Shown here piece after piece: positions 17,903-28,877 of a stretch of DNA of 64,000 nucleotides; position 1 is the stretch's first letter; each line of letters begins with the position of its first letter. A model generated the notes under the pieces. The model searched no databases. It had not been told where the DNA came from and saw only the letters and a program-made list of their open reading frames with translations. The DNA is taken from IMG/VR virus record IMGVR_UViG_3300042868_007959, positions 124,001-188,000 of that record. The stretch is one strand, 5' to 3'. Both the position numbers and the translations under genes were made by a program.

Positions 17903-20900
17903 TCATTCACAATTGTGAATTAATTCTTGATTATAATAGAATCCTGATATCTGAATCGGTGGAAATGTTTTTATGAATTCTGGTGGATCAAAATCTGGAT
18001 CCCCTATTATTGTAACATTACCCTCATATTCATTAGTATCATATATTTGAGTTATAAATACTGTATTATAATCACTTATTAACGTATTTGTTTTTCTAAC
18101 ACATTTATCATACTTATTTCTAAGTCCAGCAATATAGTTTCGTTGTCTTTCATATGATGTTGTACCAGGTATGAAATTAGATAAATTATTTTGTGCAGTT
18201 ATTAATGATTGTGTTATACCACTACAACTCATAAAATTATTATAGAAATTATTTTGTTGGTTTATATATTCTATCTCTAATTGTGATAATTGTTCAAATA
18301 GAGTACTAAGTTGTGTATTTAACTGTGTTAATGAGTCATTCAATTCCGTTATAGTTTGAGTTACCTCTAAAATACTTTGAGTTAAATTCGGAGTAGTAGT
18401 ATCTTGTAAATTTAAAGAACATAGTCTACCATTATACAATACTATTTGTTGATTTACTATTGCAATTTCAATCTCTTTATTTCTTATATCATTTTTAATT
18501 GATTTTATTTCTTCATTCGTTGGGTATATTGGTTTTTGTTCTACCAAAGAATGTATAGATTCTTGACCCACAATAAAATTAGTCTGTGCACTTAATGGAC
18601 AATCTAATTCCGTATCAATAAAATTTAAACTATATTTTTTATATTTAAATTTATTTTGATCAAATATTGTATTCCTATAAATTTTTCCTGAATTATCACA
18701 ACCTTCCCATATTGTAGTTGCAGGAACTACTTGTTCTAATAAATCCAACCAATAATCACCAACTTTATCCATAAAATCAAACATAGTATCATATGTGAAT
18801 TTACCAGATAAATCTTTACCACAATTACTAGCTCTTAAGTATAATTCATAAAATAATCTAAGTAATGGATAATCACTTATTGTTTGTCTACTTTTGGCAT
18901 CAATTAAGTTACTTAATACCATTTGATCAAATACATCCTTAACCATAATAGTAGATGGATCATAATCTAAAAAGTCTAAAGGGTTAATACAAACTGAATA
19001 TGTATTATTAGTAGTAACTCCCGAAACACATTCTTTCATTTTACCACAATACTCACAATCTCCTTTACAATTTGCACATTCATCAATATCCCTCCAATAA
19101 CATACTTCATTAAGTTCATTCCAACGATAGTTTTTACCTAAACCTAATCCATCTACACCATTATCATTTAATAATTTATTAATAGATAAACAACATTCTT
19201 TTGTGATTTCACTACTTTGATTAAATGTTTGTGCAGTTATCCCCGCACCAATTTGTTGTTCAACACCACCATTATAAAGTGGTGTACCTGAATAAACGTA
19301 TATCTCAAATAAATTAATTGTCCCATCACTATCTTCAACAATAAGACTGAATAAATTATCTAAATTTTTATTATTGTTTAGAACTAAGATGTCGCTATCA
19401 CAACTAGTCCCATCAATATAGAATTTAGAAAGTGATTCACCTTTATTTAGTAAATCATAATAGTTTGAATTTAATGATTCAGAATAATTCGCAGTTAAAG
19501 TGTAATATTCATTTTTAAGTTCTATTACTTGATTTTGTAATATATTAGTGAATGTTTCACAACTAAATGGAATGACACTAGATGTGGATGCACCTAAATC
19601 AATAGTATAATTCGTAAGTGTATTATTAATATTTAATACCCCATTAAAATTAATGTATGTTGCTATTTGATCCTGAAAAATATATTCTTCACTACCCATA
19701 AACAAATAATCTTCGTCAGATTGGAAAATATAGTTATCTGTATTACAATCGGTTGGACAATTATCACAATCTATTCTTTTCCAAAAATTAAATACATCAC
19801 ACTCTATAGATTTTGCAGGATCAATACTAAATGATGTGTTTTTAACGTTTAAAATTAAATCAGAATGGTAGACATCATAATTAGTATATCTATATTCTAA
19901 ATCAAGCCATAATCTTTCCTCTGGATTGGTAATTCTTACTATTTCATAGTTATTAGTTGATCCTGTATTACATTCACCATTAGGGTAGATAGTTTCTTTT
20001 ACTACACCACCGTCATAATATACCCAAGATTTTTTATTATCGATAACACAATTTAATTGTGGTATTAAACAATCATTAATAGATAGTATCCTATTTGTTT
20101 TACAATCAGAAACATTTACCATTATATTATCTACCAATAGACAAAGATTACATTCGTAATTCTGAATCTCTATACTAAAGAAAAAGTCCTTATTAGGGTA
20201 TAATCTTCTTAAATCATCGCAAACACATTCAGGTATTGTGAAATTAAATGTTTTCCAATCTGGTTCAAATAAATCCGAATTATAACTTATTCCTTGAGAA
20301 GACAGTTGGTTGAATATTGACTCCTCAATTTGAGCCATCAATTGTTCATCACCTTCTATAAAAATTCCACTGTATCCTTCATTAGGATTAAATTCCCATA
20401 TTGGGTTTACTGACTGCGTATACGGTAAATAAGTTAATGAAGTATCAATATTATTCTGAACGTCAATATTATTATTATCTACAAACAATTTAAAATTAAT
20501 TTTTAAGTCGTCTATGTAATTTAAATAATTATTATTGTTTGATTCTTCGTATACATTATATTTTTTTATTAATGACTCATACCATTTATTATAACAAATA
20601 TAAGTTTGTTCTTCTACATATAATAACGAATTTTGTATACTATCTAATAATTGGTTTAGTTCTTTTATTTTACCACTTCTATTTAATTCAATAATGAAAG
20701 GACAACATTGTACATCATATGTAGTTGTTGTGGAAGATTCACTACCAATAACTCTAGGATTAAGAATACATTCTTTATTTACATAACTTACATCTAAATT
20801 TAATGTGGCTTTATTACAACAATTCTGTGGGATATTTTTCCCATTTGTTAATACCACATAATTAGGTGTAATCGTTAAACTATTACTAGTTATTCCCAAA

Positions 20901-23900
20901 CATTCTTTACTATTTACTGATATTGCATCTGTAGGTAATTTTGGGTTGGTTATTGCATCCGCAGACTGCAGATTATCTGCAGGTAATTTAGGCAAATCCA
21001 ATATAACATTGGTAGATATACCAACAACTGGTTTCGACATTAATGGGCTTAACTCAACAGTTCTAAATGCATTTTGTTTAAATTCTGTACCTACTTTTAC
21101 AAAAGTTTGGTTTTTAAGATTTTGAGTAAATAAATCAGTTTTTTGTTCTCTTTCAGTTATTAATCCCGATATTTGAGACTGGTTCTTAGTTAATTCAACA
21201 TTTAATTTAACTTTTTGTGAATCAGTTAACTGTAAGTTACCACTATTATCTGTAATACTTTTAGTACTTACAGATAAAATATCTGCAGTTTTATTAATCG
21301 TATTTTGAGTATCATTCTGTAATAACTGAGATTTTTGTGCCGATTCATCATAACTTATAAAGTTATTTACATCGGTAGTTAATGTGTTAATTGTATTACT
21401 TAAATCCTGAATTTGTTTTTCTAATTCAGTTATTAATACAGTATTATTATCAAATTTTGCTTTAACTAATTGATCCGTTAATTGCGTTTTTAAAACACAA
21501 GATTCAAATAACTGAGAATAAACTATTATTTGATCCTGATTTTCTTTTGTTTTAGATGATACACAATTACTATACTCTTTAGTTTTTGTACCATCATTTA
21601 TAGAATCCCCATATATTATAGTATTACAATATGAAACATAATCAAAGTTTTTAAGTTCTTTAATAGTATTTTCATAAACACTACAATCTAAATTAGTGTT
21701 AACATTAGTTAATGCTTTTTCTATTATAACATTACTTTCTTGTTTTTCCGCAATTTCATTATTTATTTCTAATATACTATTTTTTAGTATTGTTTCATTA
21801 ATAGTGTAATTATCTAACTGAACATTTTTTTGTGTTGTTAATGAATTATATACCTTTATGTCTTCAATTATTTCTAATTGTGGTTTAGTTGCATATCTTT
21901 TAAATGTATCTGTAGGTAATTTTGGGGTTATTACATCTGCAGGTAATTTTGGGTTGGATATTACATCTGCAGGTAATTTTGGGTTGGATATTACATCTGT
22001 AGTTACGTTGACTTGTGAATTCTTCAAACAAGGTTCTAAATTACGGTTTATTAATTCAATTAACTCGCTTATTTCAGAAGATAATTGTTCATAATCACCG
22101 TATAATTTACTCCATAACCCACATTCTAGTGGAATCTGTAATGAACATACATTTTGTGTCGTAATATATTTTTCATATTTTATTTCACAAGCCCCAACAT
22201 TAAAATTAAATACGAAACAACTTGTTGGTAAATTAGAAACAATAGTTAATAATTTATTTTTAATTTCATCGTATTTTTTTATTTCTCCCAATATAGGTGT
22301 ATAATCAAAATTTAAAGATGAAAGTGTTTGACTATTTTGAGATAGAATATCATTATAAGTTTGTGTAATATTATTAACCCATGATTGGTTAGTGCCTGAC
22401 CATTGCGTAAATGATACCACATTACCATCTACTGCCCTACAACAATCTGTATTAGGTTCTAAAATATTACTATTTTGCCATATTACATACTCATCAGTTA
22501 GATTTTCAGAGTCATTGAAGTTAGATTGTAAATTTTGTGATTCTTCGTCACTATTAGTAAACGCAACAAAATTTAAACACTTTATATTATTAATTGTATT
22601 ATCATAAATAAAAGCTGGAAAACAACTTATATTGTCCGCACATTTTATAAGATTATCTGCAGTATATTTTAACATATAATCAAATGAAAAGTCTATAGTA
22701 CAACTACAATCATCTAATTGTGGTAGTTTAAATCCTTTCCATTTTTCACTAGCGAAAACAACCGCAACGCTATTAAAGTCACCACAACCAATTCTAGAAG
22801 GATCGACTGCCGCAATTATTATAGAATTAGGATTGGTACTGTATTGATTGTCCCCATTGTACGGTATTAAAATATTATTGTCATAGTCAAATGTGAATTG
22901 TCCGAATTGATACCCGTAATAATTTGCTACGTCCCCATATAAATCACTTAATAAGTCAGTACTATACCAATCTAATATAAAATTATTATTATATATTGAT
23001 GGTGTAAAACTAACTCTTCCATATTCATCAATAGACTCAACCTTCCAGTTTGATGGATTCATAAGTGATGGATCCTCTAAAATGGAGTTTGGTTGCGGAG
23101 ATAATGATGTTGATCCCTCAACTACACCTTTTACTATTCTGGACTCATTAAAACAATCCCAAAAAATTTCAGTGGAGTAATACTCATATATAGAACCTAT
23201 AGGATTTTGTAAATCATAGTAACTATTATTAACTGAAAAATCTATAATCGGTAATGTGTAATTTGCATCTGGTGTAGTTAATTCAGTAGCACTATTCTCA
23301 TTATTTTTTTTACATACAATAAATTTATTACCATTTTGTTCCAATATTTGGTAATCGTAACCATACCAAGCACAACATTCAGGACTACTGATTATAGATG
23401 TTTTTTTACAATTAACCTCAGTAAAAAATTTATTACATGATATTATAGGTGAGTCCTTTTTAAAAGTATCAGATAATCTTTTTTTACCACAATAGTTATT
23501 GATAAAAGTTTTTGGTTCCCCATATTTAATAATGAAATCTGATAAAGAAATTTGTGTATTACTATATTGGTAACATTTACCCCCTATCTGATAAGTACCC
23601 AATTGAGGTGTCGTATTATTAGTCATAGTAAACTCTATCACACCATTAGGTAATGTTCCTGAAGGTGTACCGACACAAGGTGCCAATTTAGAACAATATT
23701 CCGTTTGTCTACCGTATTCATTTACATATGAAATATAATTAGCGTCTTGTGTTTTACAACAAGCTGGGAATTCATCAAAAGAAACTTTAATACCATCACT
23801 ATTAGTATAATAGATAAATGGACTACAATCTTCTAAATTTAAATTATCACAACTATATTCTACTACATTTTTTGGTTTTTCTGATAAACATATTTCTAAT

Positions 23901-26173
23901 GTTTTGTTAATATCACAATTTTCTGTAGATATTTCATTTAAACAATTTTTTAAAGATAATTCATAATTATTTTTTATTGTTTGCCACTCAGGAGAATAAA
24001 TTAAATAACCGTCTTTTTCAATTAACAATAAGTATTGGTTATAATTCGCTTCTGCTTCATTAAATGCTTGTTGTAATGTAGTCTTACCATCATTCTGTAA
24101 TGGTGTCTCAATAATACTATAATCGACATCTATACAATCCTCTATCGGTTGATACCCATTTGTTGTAGGGTTAAACGTTAACTGAGTAGTAAATATATCT
24201 GAATTATTACTAATTCCATTAAAAATACCATAATTATAATTTATAAAATAATTTTCTACTATAGTTGTAGCAGTTAGTGTTACAGTTGGTTGGTTATCAA
24301 AATTAGGTATATAACACCTACTAAAATATTGTAAGTATTCGTTACCACCATCGTATTTACCAACGTGAGGGTTATTACCCCTTAAAACTGAAACTACATT
24401 TGATCCGTAAGTTTCTCTATACCATCCGCCCGCTTTTTGAAAGTACATTTCTGTAAAATCATTTTCTACTAATTCTCCTGTTTGAGGATCAATAAAATTG
24501 GTAATTACGACATCACCATTTACAGGTGGTAATGGGAATCCTTCATCGTCATATGGTATACCTTCTAAATTAACTTCACCAGTATAAAGGTATAAAAGTT
24601 TTTTTATCTCCTCTATATCCAAAGGCTTATCAAGTATTACTATATATTCATTAAAATTAACTAATGATTCTGGTGCCCCTATAAATCTAAATAAAAATTC
24701 TACCGCTTTTCTTGTACCCTTACTTTTCCAAAGCCAAGCTATGTTTAAAATTAATCTTCTATATAATTCAATATCTATTTCTGATTGAGTTAGGTTTGTT
24801 GATGTCCCACTAAATGAACCCGAACCATTACTAGGTAAAAATAATTTACTAAAAGATGCGTCATCTATAAAATTAATTGGTTCTATACCTAACATATATG
24901 CCAAATCTTTAACTAAAGTATCAGGTACATTGTTTTTCTTATCGTAAGTTACTACATGAGCAAATTTGATTGCATTAATATATTTTTTAACATAATCGAA
25001 TTCCACCCCATAAATTCTAAGTAATTTAGTTGCTTTTTCACCATTTAATACTATATCTGCTCCATCTGCTCTAGGTATCGTATCAAAACTAGATATTGCT
25101 TCAGTCGTATACTTTCTTACAATGGTATCAGTTTTTGTCCCATCTAAACCTTCACCTAATTTATTTAATTCATCAATATAAGCAATATAAAAACTATCAA
25201 AAAAGTTTAAATTATAACCATCCTCTAAGATTGGAAATGTTAAAACTGATTTAGATGTTAATAAAACCCCATCATCAGTATAATTTGTACTTATAATTTC
25301 CGATTTATATTTAGGGTATAAGTTTTTATTTAAAATATTACTTTGAAAATCATTTAAACTAGTAAAGAACTTTTGATTCTCACTTTCATTTGGTTTAATG
25401 AAATACGGTATGGATGCAGTAACATTATTAAATAAAAAAGAAAGTTGTGGTATAAAAATACCAGTCAACTCAGGAAATGGATTACCTTCCACTATCAATT
25501 CTAAAACTGAATTTGTTTTTTGTGGAGATGGTGTAATACTTTTAATTTTTTTAATAATACCATTATGTTCTATTACATATGAACCATAGTTTACAGTAAA
25601 ATTTCTTAATGGATTAGTTATATCTGTATCCGAAATATATTGAGCATCTAAAGTATACTTTATTGCGTATGGGTTAACAAAGAAATTACTATTAACTGAA
25701 AAAGTGGATTCATCTGCTTCTATATCGTAAACATAATCAGTGATGTTATTTCCCGTAACACTACCTACTTTAGTATCAACATATATCGCAGCTGGCCATT
25801 TCTCTTGAATATCCAATAAAGAAGCTCTTATCAATTCTTTTGCGGATCCATACCAAACATAACTTAATGGATTTGATAAATCTAAATTTAATTTAGTTTT
25901 AACATTTTTTTGTATATCTAACTGTGTCGTTCCTGATGCGGCAATATCATCTAAAGTATAAAATCTAGATTTAGTACCTTGTTTAAATAAAACATCTGGT
26001 TTTGGATCTAAATTTACTGATATAGAGAAATTACCATTTGTGAATAGCGTAGTTCCTCCATCACTAGTAAGTTGAAACCCTACTAAATCAGGACTAAAAT
26101 CCCTATATTCAATGTTATCATTGAAAAATATTCTTTGGGCATATCCTGCGACTTTTATTTTTTTATTTGCCAT
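17903..26173 (-). CDS. Giant (2756 aa) baseplate-associated virion protein with gpI/gp7-like motif, Cys-rich modules and coiled coils
   Basis: LYRRLILNIAWLWKSKGTRKAVEFLFRFIG, repeated CC modules, long N/Q/K-rich heptad regions. Confidence 0.7.
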   Translation of the reverse strand: MANKKIKVAGYAQRIFFNDNIEYRDFSPDLVGFQLTSDGGTTLFTNGNFSISVNLDPKPDVLFKQGTKSRFYTLDDIAASGTTQLDIQKNVKTKLNLDLSNPLSYVWYGSAKELIRASLLDIQEKWPAAIYVDTKVGSVTGNNITDYVYDIEADESTFSVNSNFFVNPYAIKYTLDAQYISDTDITNPLRNFTVNYGSYVIEHNGIIKKIKSITPSPQKTNSVLELIVEGNPFPELTGIFIPQLSFLFNNVTASIPYFIKPNESENQKFFTSLNDFQSNILNKNLYPKYKSEIISTNYTDDGVLLTSKSVLTFPILEDGYNLNFFDSFYIAYIDELNKLGEGLDGTKTDTIVRKYTTEAISSFDTIPRADGADIVLNGEKATKLLRIYGVEFDYVKKYINAIKFAHVVTYDKKNNVPDTLVKDLAYMLGIEPINFIDDASFSKLFLPSNGSGSFSGTSTNLTQSEIDIELYRRLILNIAWLWKSKGTRKAVEFLFRFIGAPESLVNFNEYIVILDKPLDIEEIKKLLYLYTGEVNLEGIPYDDEGFPLPPVNGDVVITNFIDPQTGELVENDFTEMYFQKAGGWYRETYGSNVVSVLRGNNPHVGKYDGGNEYLQYFSRCYIPNFDNQPTVTLTATTIVENYFINYNYGIFNGISNNSDIFTTQLTFNPTTNGYQPIEDCIDVDYSIIETPLQNDGKTTLQQAFNEAEANYNQYLLLIEKDGYLIYSPEWQTIKNNYELSLKNCLNEISTENCDINKTLEICLSEKPKNVVEYSCDNLNLEDCSPFIYYTNSDGIKVSFDEFPACCKTQDANYISYVNEYGRQTEYCSKLAPCVGTPSGTLPNGVIEFTMTNNTTPQLGTYQIGGKCYQYSNTQISLSDFIIKYGEPKTFINNYCGKKRLSDTFKKDSPIISCNKFFTEVNCKKTSIISSPECCAWYGYDYQILEQNGNKFIVCKKNNENSATELTTPDANYTLPIIDFSVNNSYYDLQNPIGSIYEYYSTEIFWDCFNESRIVKGVVEGSTSLSPQPNSILEDPSLMNPSNWKVESIDEYGRVSFTPSIYNNNFILDWYSTDLLSDLYGDVANYYGYQFGQFTFDYDNNILIPYNGDNQYSTNPNSIIIAAVDPSRIGCGDFNSVAVVFASEKWKGFKLPQLDDCSCTIDFSFDYMLKYTADNLIKCADNISCFPAFIYDNTINNIKCLNFVAFTNSDEESQNLQSNFNDSENLTDEYVIWQNSNILEPNTDCCRAVDGNVVSFTQWSGTNQSWVNNITQTYNDILSQNSQTLSSLNFDYTPILGEIKKYDEIKNKLLTIVSNLPTSCFVFNFNVGACEIKYEKYITTQNVCSLQIPLECGLWSKLYGDYEQLSSEISELIELINRNLEPCLKNSQVNVTTDVISNPKLPADVISNPKLPADVITPKLPTDTFKRYATKPQLEIIEDIKVYNSLTTQKNVQLDNYTINETILKNSILEINNEIAEKQESNVIIEKALTNVNTNLDCSVYENTIKELKNFDYVSYCNTIIYGDSINDGTKTKEYSNCVSSKTKENQDQIIVYSQLFESCVLKTQLTDQLVKAKFDNNTVLITELEKQIQDLSNTINTLTTDVNNFISYDESAQKSQLLQNDTQNTINKTADILSVSTKSITDNSGNLQLTDSQKVKLNVELTKNQSQISGLITEREQKTDLFTQNLKNQTFVKVGTEFKQNAFRTVELSPLMSKPVVGISTNVILDLPKLPADNLQSADAITNPKLPTDAISVNSKECLGITSNSLTITPNYVVLTNGKNIPQNCCNKATLNLDVSYVNKECILNPRVIGSESSTTTTYDVQCCPFIIELNRSGKIKELNQLLDSIQNSLLYVEEQTYICYNKWYESLIKKYNVYEESNNNNYLNYIDDLKINFKLFVDNNNIDVQNNIDTSLTYLPYTQSVNPIWEFNPNEGYSGIFIEGDEQLMAQIEESIFNQLSSQGISYNSDLFEPDWKTFNFTIPECVCDDLRRLYPNKDFFFSIEIQNYECNLCLLVDNIMVNVSDCKTNRILSINDCLIPQLNCVIDNKKSWVYYDGGVVKETIYPNGECNTGSTNNYEIVRITNPEERLWLDLEYRYTNYDVYHSDLILNVKNTSFSIDPAKSIECDVFNFWKRIDCDNCPTDCNTDNYIFQSDEDYLFMGSEEYIFQDQIATYINFNGVLNINNTLTNYTIDLGASTSSVIPFSCETFTNILQNQVIELKNEYYTLTANYSESLNSNYYDLLNKGESLSKFYIDGTSCDSDILVLNNNKNLDNLFSLIVEDSDGTINLFEIYVYSGTPLYNGGVEQQIGAGITAQTFNQSSEITKECCLSINKLLNDNGVDGLGLGKNYRWNELNEVCYWRDIDECANCKGDCEYCGKMKECVSGVTTNNTYSVCINPLDFLDYDPSTIMVKDVFDQMVLSNLIDAKSRQTISDYPLLRLFYELYLRASNCGKDLSGKFTYDTMFDFMDKVGDYWLDLLEQVVPATTIWEGCDNSGKIYRNTIFDQNKFKYKKYSLNFIDTELDCPLSAQTNFIVGQESIHSLVEQKPIYPTNEEIKSIKNDIRNKEIEIAIVNQQIVLYNGRLCSLNLQDTTTPNLTQSILEVTQTITELNDSLTQLNTQLSTLFEQLSQLEIEYINQQNNFYNNFMSCSGITQSLITAQNNLSNFIPGTTSYERQRNYIAGLRNKYDKCVRKTNTLISDYNTVFITQIYDTNEYEGNVTIIGDPDFDPPEFIKTFPPIQISGFYYNQELIHNCE
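20921..21000 (-). repeat. Second cluster of PKLP[AT]D-coding repeats
   Basis: 20927-20949 matches 21935-21957 at 22 of 23 nt. Encodes LPKLPAD...NPKLPTD. Confidence 0.8.
21908..21999 (-). repeat. Coding tandem repeat, 30-nt unit (DVISNPKLPA)
   Basis: ttacatctgcaggtaattttgggttggata at 21931-21960 and 21961-21990, plus partial flanking copies. Confidence 0.92.
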
Positions 26174-26181
26174 TTACGTTT

Positions 26182-27084
26182 TTAAAAATTAGTTATGTCA
26201 TCAAAATCTTTTGTTGGATCAATAGTAAATTTCTGTTCTCTAACTTCGAACAATGGTTTACCGCTAAATTGATCTTTAACTTCATATAAATTGTATTGTC
26301 TATAAATTTCATTACCGAAATTGTATATAGTATAAATACCATCTTCTAGAGATTTTGTTTGATTGGAGAACAGTGCGTATGCTAAAGTTTCTTCATCAAA
26401 CTCTACCATTTCTATTTCCATCATAACTGGATTAAAAAACGTATTAGTAATGATAACCTCTTGTTGTGGGTTACCTATGAATGGTGTTGCATTTGGTTTA
26501 AATGATGGTGCAGATGCGGGAGTTACTGTACAAAATACACTTGTCGAATTATCGTTGAAGGTATATGCTTGTGACGCATTACTATTACCTTGATTTTGTG
26601 TTATTGGTAAAGCCCTATTATTTGAGGTAATTATTCTAAATAAATTTTGTATTTTATCTTGTCCCGTACCTGTTTGTTCTTTAAGGTACTCTACTCTATA
26701 ACCTACAAGATTTCCATTCTCAAATCTATTTTGTAACTCTAAAGGTATCTGATTAATATCAAAAACAATACCTTTTACATCTTGATTATCTATTAAAACT
26801 GCACAATCTTGTATGGTTACTCTAATTTGTTTAGGTCTTATTATAATACTATAATACCCCTTAGTACCAAATACTGATGTAGGTAATTTTAATGTATATA
26901 ACCCACCAAATATTTCAGTTACATTATTTGGGTTAGCAGCAGGTATCAAAACTTGTGCTGGATCTAACGATATTAATTCTACCGATGTGATAGATTCTCT
27001 ACTTGGGGTATAACTGTAAAAAATTTCTACATCTTCTACTGATACGTCTGCTGGTCTTATTGTACCATAATTTCCTGTTGCCAT
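26182..27084 (-). CDS. Probable virion structural protein
   Basis: 300-aa beta-rich ORF within the structural operon. Confidence 0.6.
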   Translation of the reverse strand: MATGNYGTIRPADVSVEDVEIFYSYTPSRESITSVELISLDPAQVLIPAANPNNVTEIFGGLYTLKLPTSVFGTKGYYSIIIRPKQIRVTIQDCAVLIDNQDVKGIVFDINQIPLELQNRFENGNLVGYRVEYLKEQTGTGQDKIQNLFRIITSNNRALPITQNQGNSNASQAYTFNDNSTSVFCTVTPASAPSFKPNATPFIGNPQQEVIITNTFFNPVMMEIEMVEFDEETLAYALFSNQTKSLEDGIYTIYNFGNEIYRQYNLYEVKDQFSGKPLFEVREQKFTIDPTKDFDDITNF

Positions 27085-27094
27085 AACTTTATTT

Positions 27095-27970
27095 TTAAAT
27101 TCTTATAAACCCACCTCTATTTGTGTCTATATCATTAGTTGTCTTAATTTCTGATAATAATGAGTGTCTTTCAAATATATCAACAATACCTCTATTTATA
27201 AATACTACACTCTTAACTTCTGGTTTAAAAACTATACCTAAATATTCTTCTTTTTTTATGTTAGCACTTAAAGATGTGTTATATTGGTTCCATCCACCGT
27301 TTGATGCGGTGAATTCTGTTTTATTAAAAGTTAATTCCTTACCATATTCGTCAAATGTTTTTTGGAATATATTTTTATATGTTTTAAAAGAAACACCTGT
27401 ATTTTGTATATCACTAACATTTGCACCTATTTTATAAAGTGTTTCATCTTGATTCTCACTTAACACACCGTTAAATATATTTTTAGGATCATAAGAAACA
27501 TTTAAATTAGGAACATAAATATCATTACCTGATAAATCTTTCCTATATGATTTTACTTGTTTAAGTAATCCATCGTCAGTTGTACCAGTAATAGTGGCAA
27601 CGTCACTATAATAAAAATTAACTGGTGCGCCCGCCAATCTACCATATTCAAAGGAATTAAATCCTTCAGGTTCACTTAGTAATATTGGTGTTTTAGGGAT
27701 AAATTGTTGATCACTAAAAAGTCCCATATCATCGATATCTTGTTTTAAAAAAATATCAATGTTTATTGTGTTTATTATTTTCTGCCCGAAAGAATCTAAT
27801 CTAAAATTACCCTCTTTATCTACCTTATAAACAGGTATTTTACCATAATAGTAATTTGGGTTACTTTCATCTATAATGGTTTTACCGTTTGAGTCTTTTT
27901 TTAAAACACTTTTAGGTATACTTCTTATAGTATAATTTTCTAAATTTCTTTTTTTCCTTATAATTTCCAT
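27095..27970 (-). CDS. Probable virion structural protein
   Basis: 291 aa. Late motif at 27978-27985. Confidence 0.55.
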   Translation of the reverse strand: MEIIRKKRNLENYTIRSIPKSVLKKDSNGKTIIDESNPNYYYGKIPVYKVDKEGNFRLDSFGQKIINTINIDIFLKQDIDDMGLFSDQQFIPKTPILLSEPEGFNSFEYGRLAGAPVNFYYSDVATITGTTDDGLLKQVKSYRKDLSGNDIYVPNLNVSYDPKNIFNGVLSENQDETLYKIGANVSDIQNTGVSFKTYKNIFQKTFDEYGKELTFNKTEFTASNGGWNQYNTSLSANIKKEEYLGIVFKPEVKSVVFINRGIVDIFERHSLLSEIKTTNDIDTNRGGFIRI

Positions 27971-27986
27971 ACTATTAATAAATATA

Positions 27987-28877
27987 TTAAGGAGTGATTT
28001 GCCAAAAAGTTAATGTCGGTATTCCTCCACTTGATGGATTAAGATTAACTCCTGGCGGTAACTGTATTTGTCTAGGGTTTGGTGTAAATCTGTATTTATA
28101 TACTCCATTATCATTTTTTAAAATAATTTTAAGATATAATATACCATTATCACCCTCTAAGTTAGTTACCGTTATGTTATTAGGGTCAATATCTTTAGAT
28201 GCTGCCATATCATATGTTTTACCATTTGATGCATTGTTGAACTGTACTACACCATAAAGTTCATATTCTTGATTGGGTGAGTTGTCAACTAAATCTTTAA
28301 ACCAATATATTTGAAACCCTTCATGTATTTCATCGGGGTGCGTAACTGGATCACCTAAAGTAAAAGTTATAGGACATATATCAATAGGTAATGTAAACCC
28401 AAATGCGTTTTCCTGTTCTTTACCTACTTGAACAAATACGTCATAAAATGTGAGTAATTTATTTTGCCCACTATATGGTTTATCATAAAGAGAAAATCGG
28501 AAAAAACTATTTATAAATCTGTTTGTCCTACAAAATATATCATCAAATACGAAACCTAGATCTTTATAAAGTCCAGGAACCGCACCAGTTCCCCTATGTA
28601 GTGGTGCACCTAAGGCAATACTTTCAGGAGTATAAAAATTTAAATTAATTTTAAATTTATCAATAATATTCCAATTATTATCTGCAGGTTTAAATATAAC
28701 TTTTTTATAGTCAATTATTGGGTTTATAGAATTTTCTACCTCCTCATCGACAAATTTAACTTGTATAAGTTCTGAATTGTCAACTGGGAAAAAATTAGTA
28801 CCCAATGCGATATCTATGGTAGTCCCACTACCAATATTATCTATTAATATTCTTCTTTTATCAACAAACATCGTCAA
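27987..28877 (-). CDS. Probable virion structural protein
   Basis: 296 aa, overlaps the upstream gene, structural context. Confidence 0.55.
   Translation of the reverse strand: MTMFVDKRRILIDNIGSGTTIDIALGTNFFPVDNSELIQVKFVDEEVENSINPIIDYKKVIFKPADNNWNIIDKFKINLNFYTPESIALGAPLHRGTGAVPGLYKDLGFVFDDIFCRTNRFINSFFRFSLYDKPYSGQNKLLTFYDVFVQVGKEQENAFGFTLPIDICPITFTLGDPVTHPDEIHEGFQIYWFKDLVDNSPNQEYELYGVVQFNNASNGKTYDMAASKDIDPNNITVTNLEGDNGILYLKIILKNDNGVYKYRFTPNPRQIQLPPGVNLNPSSGGIPTLTFWQITP

Noticed and set aside
21908-21999. 30-nt direct repeats as a possible CRISPR mini-array
   Set aside because: The copies are adjacent with no spacers and are in frame within a CDS.
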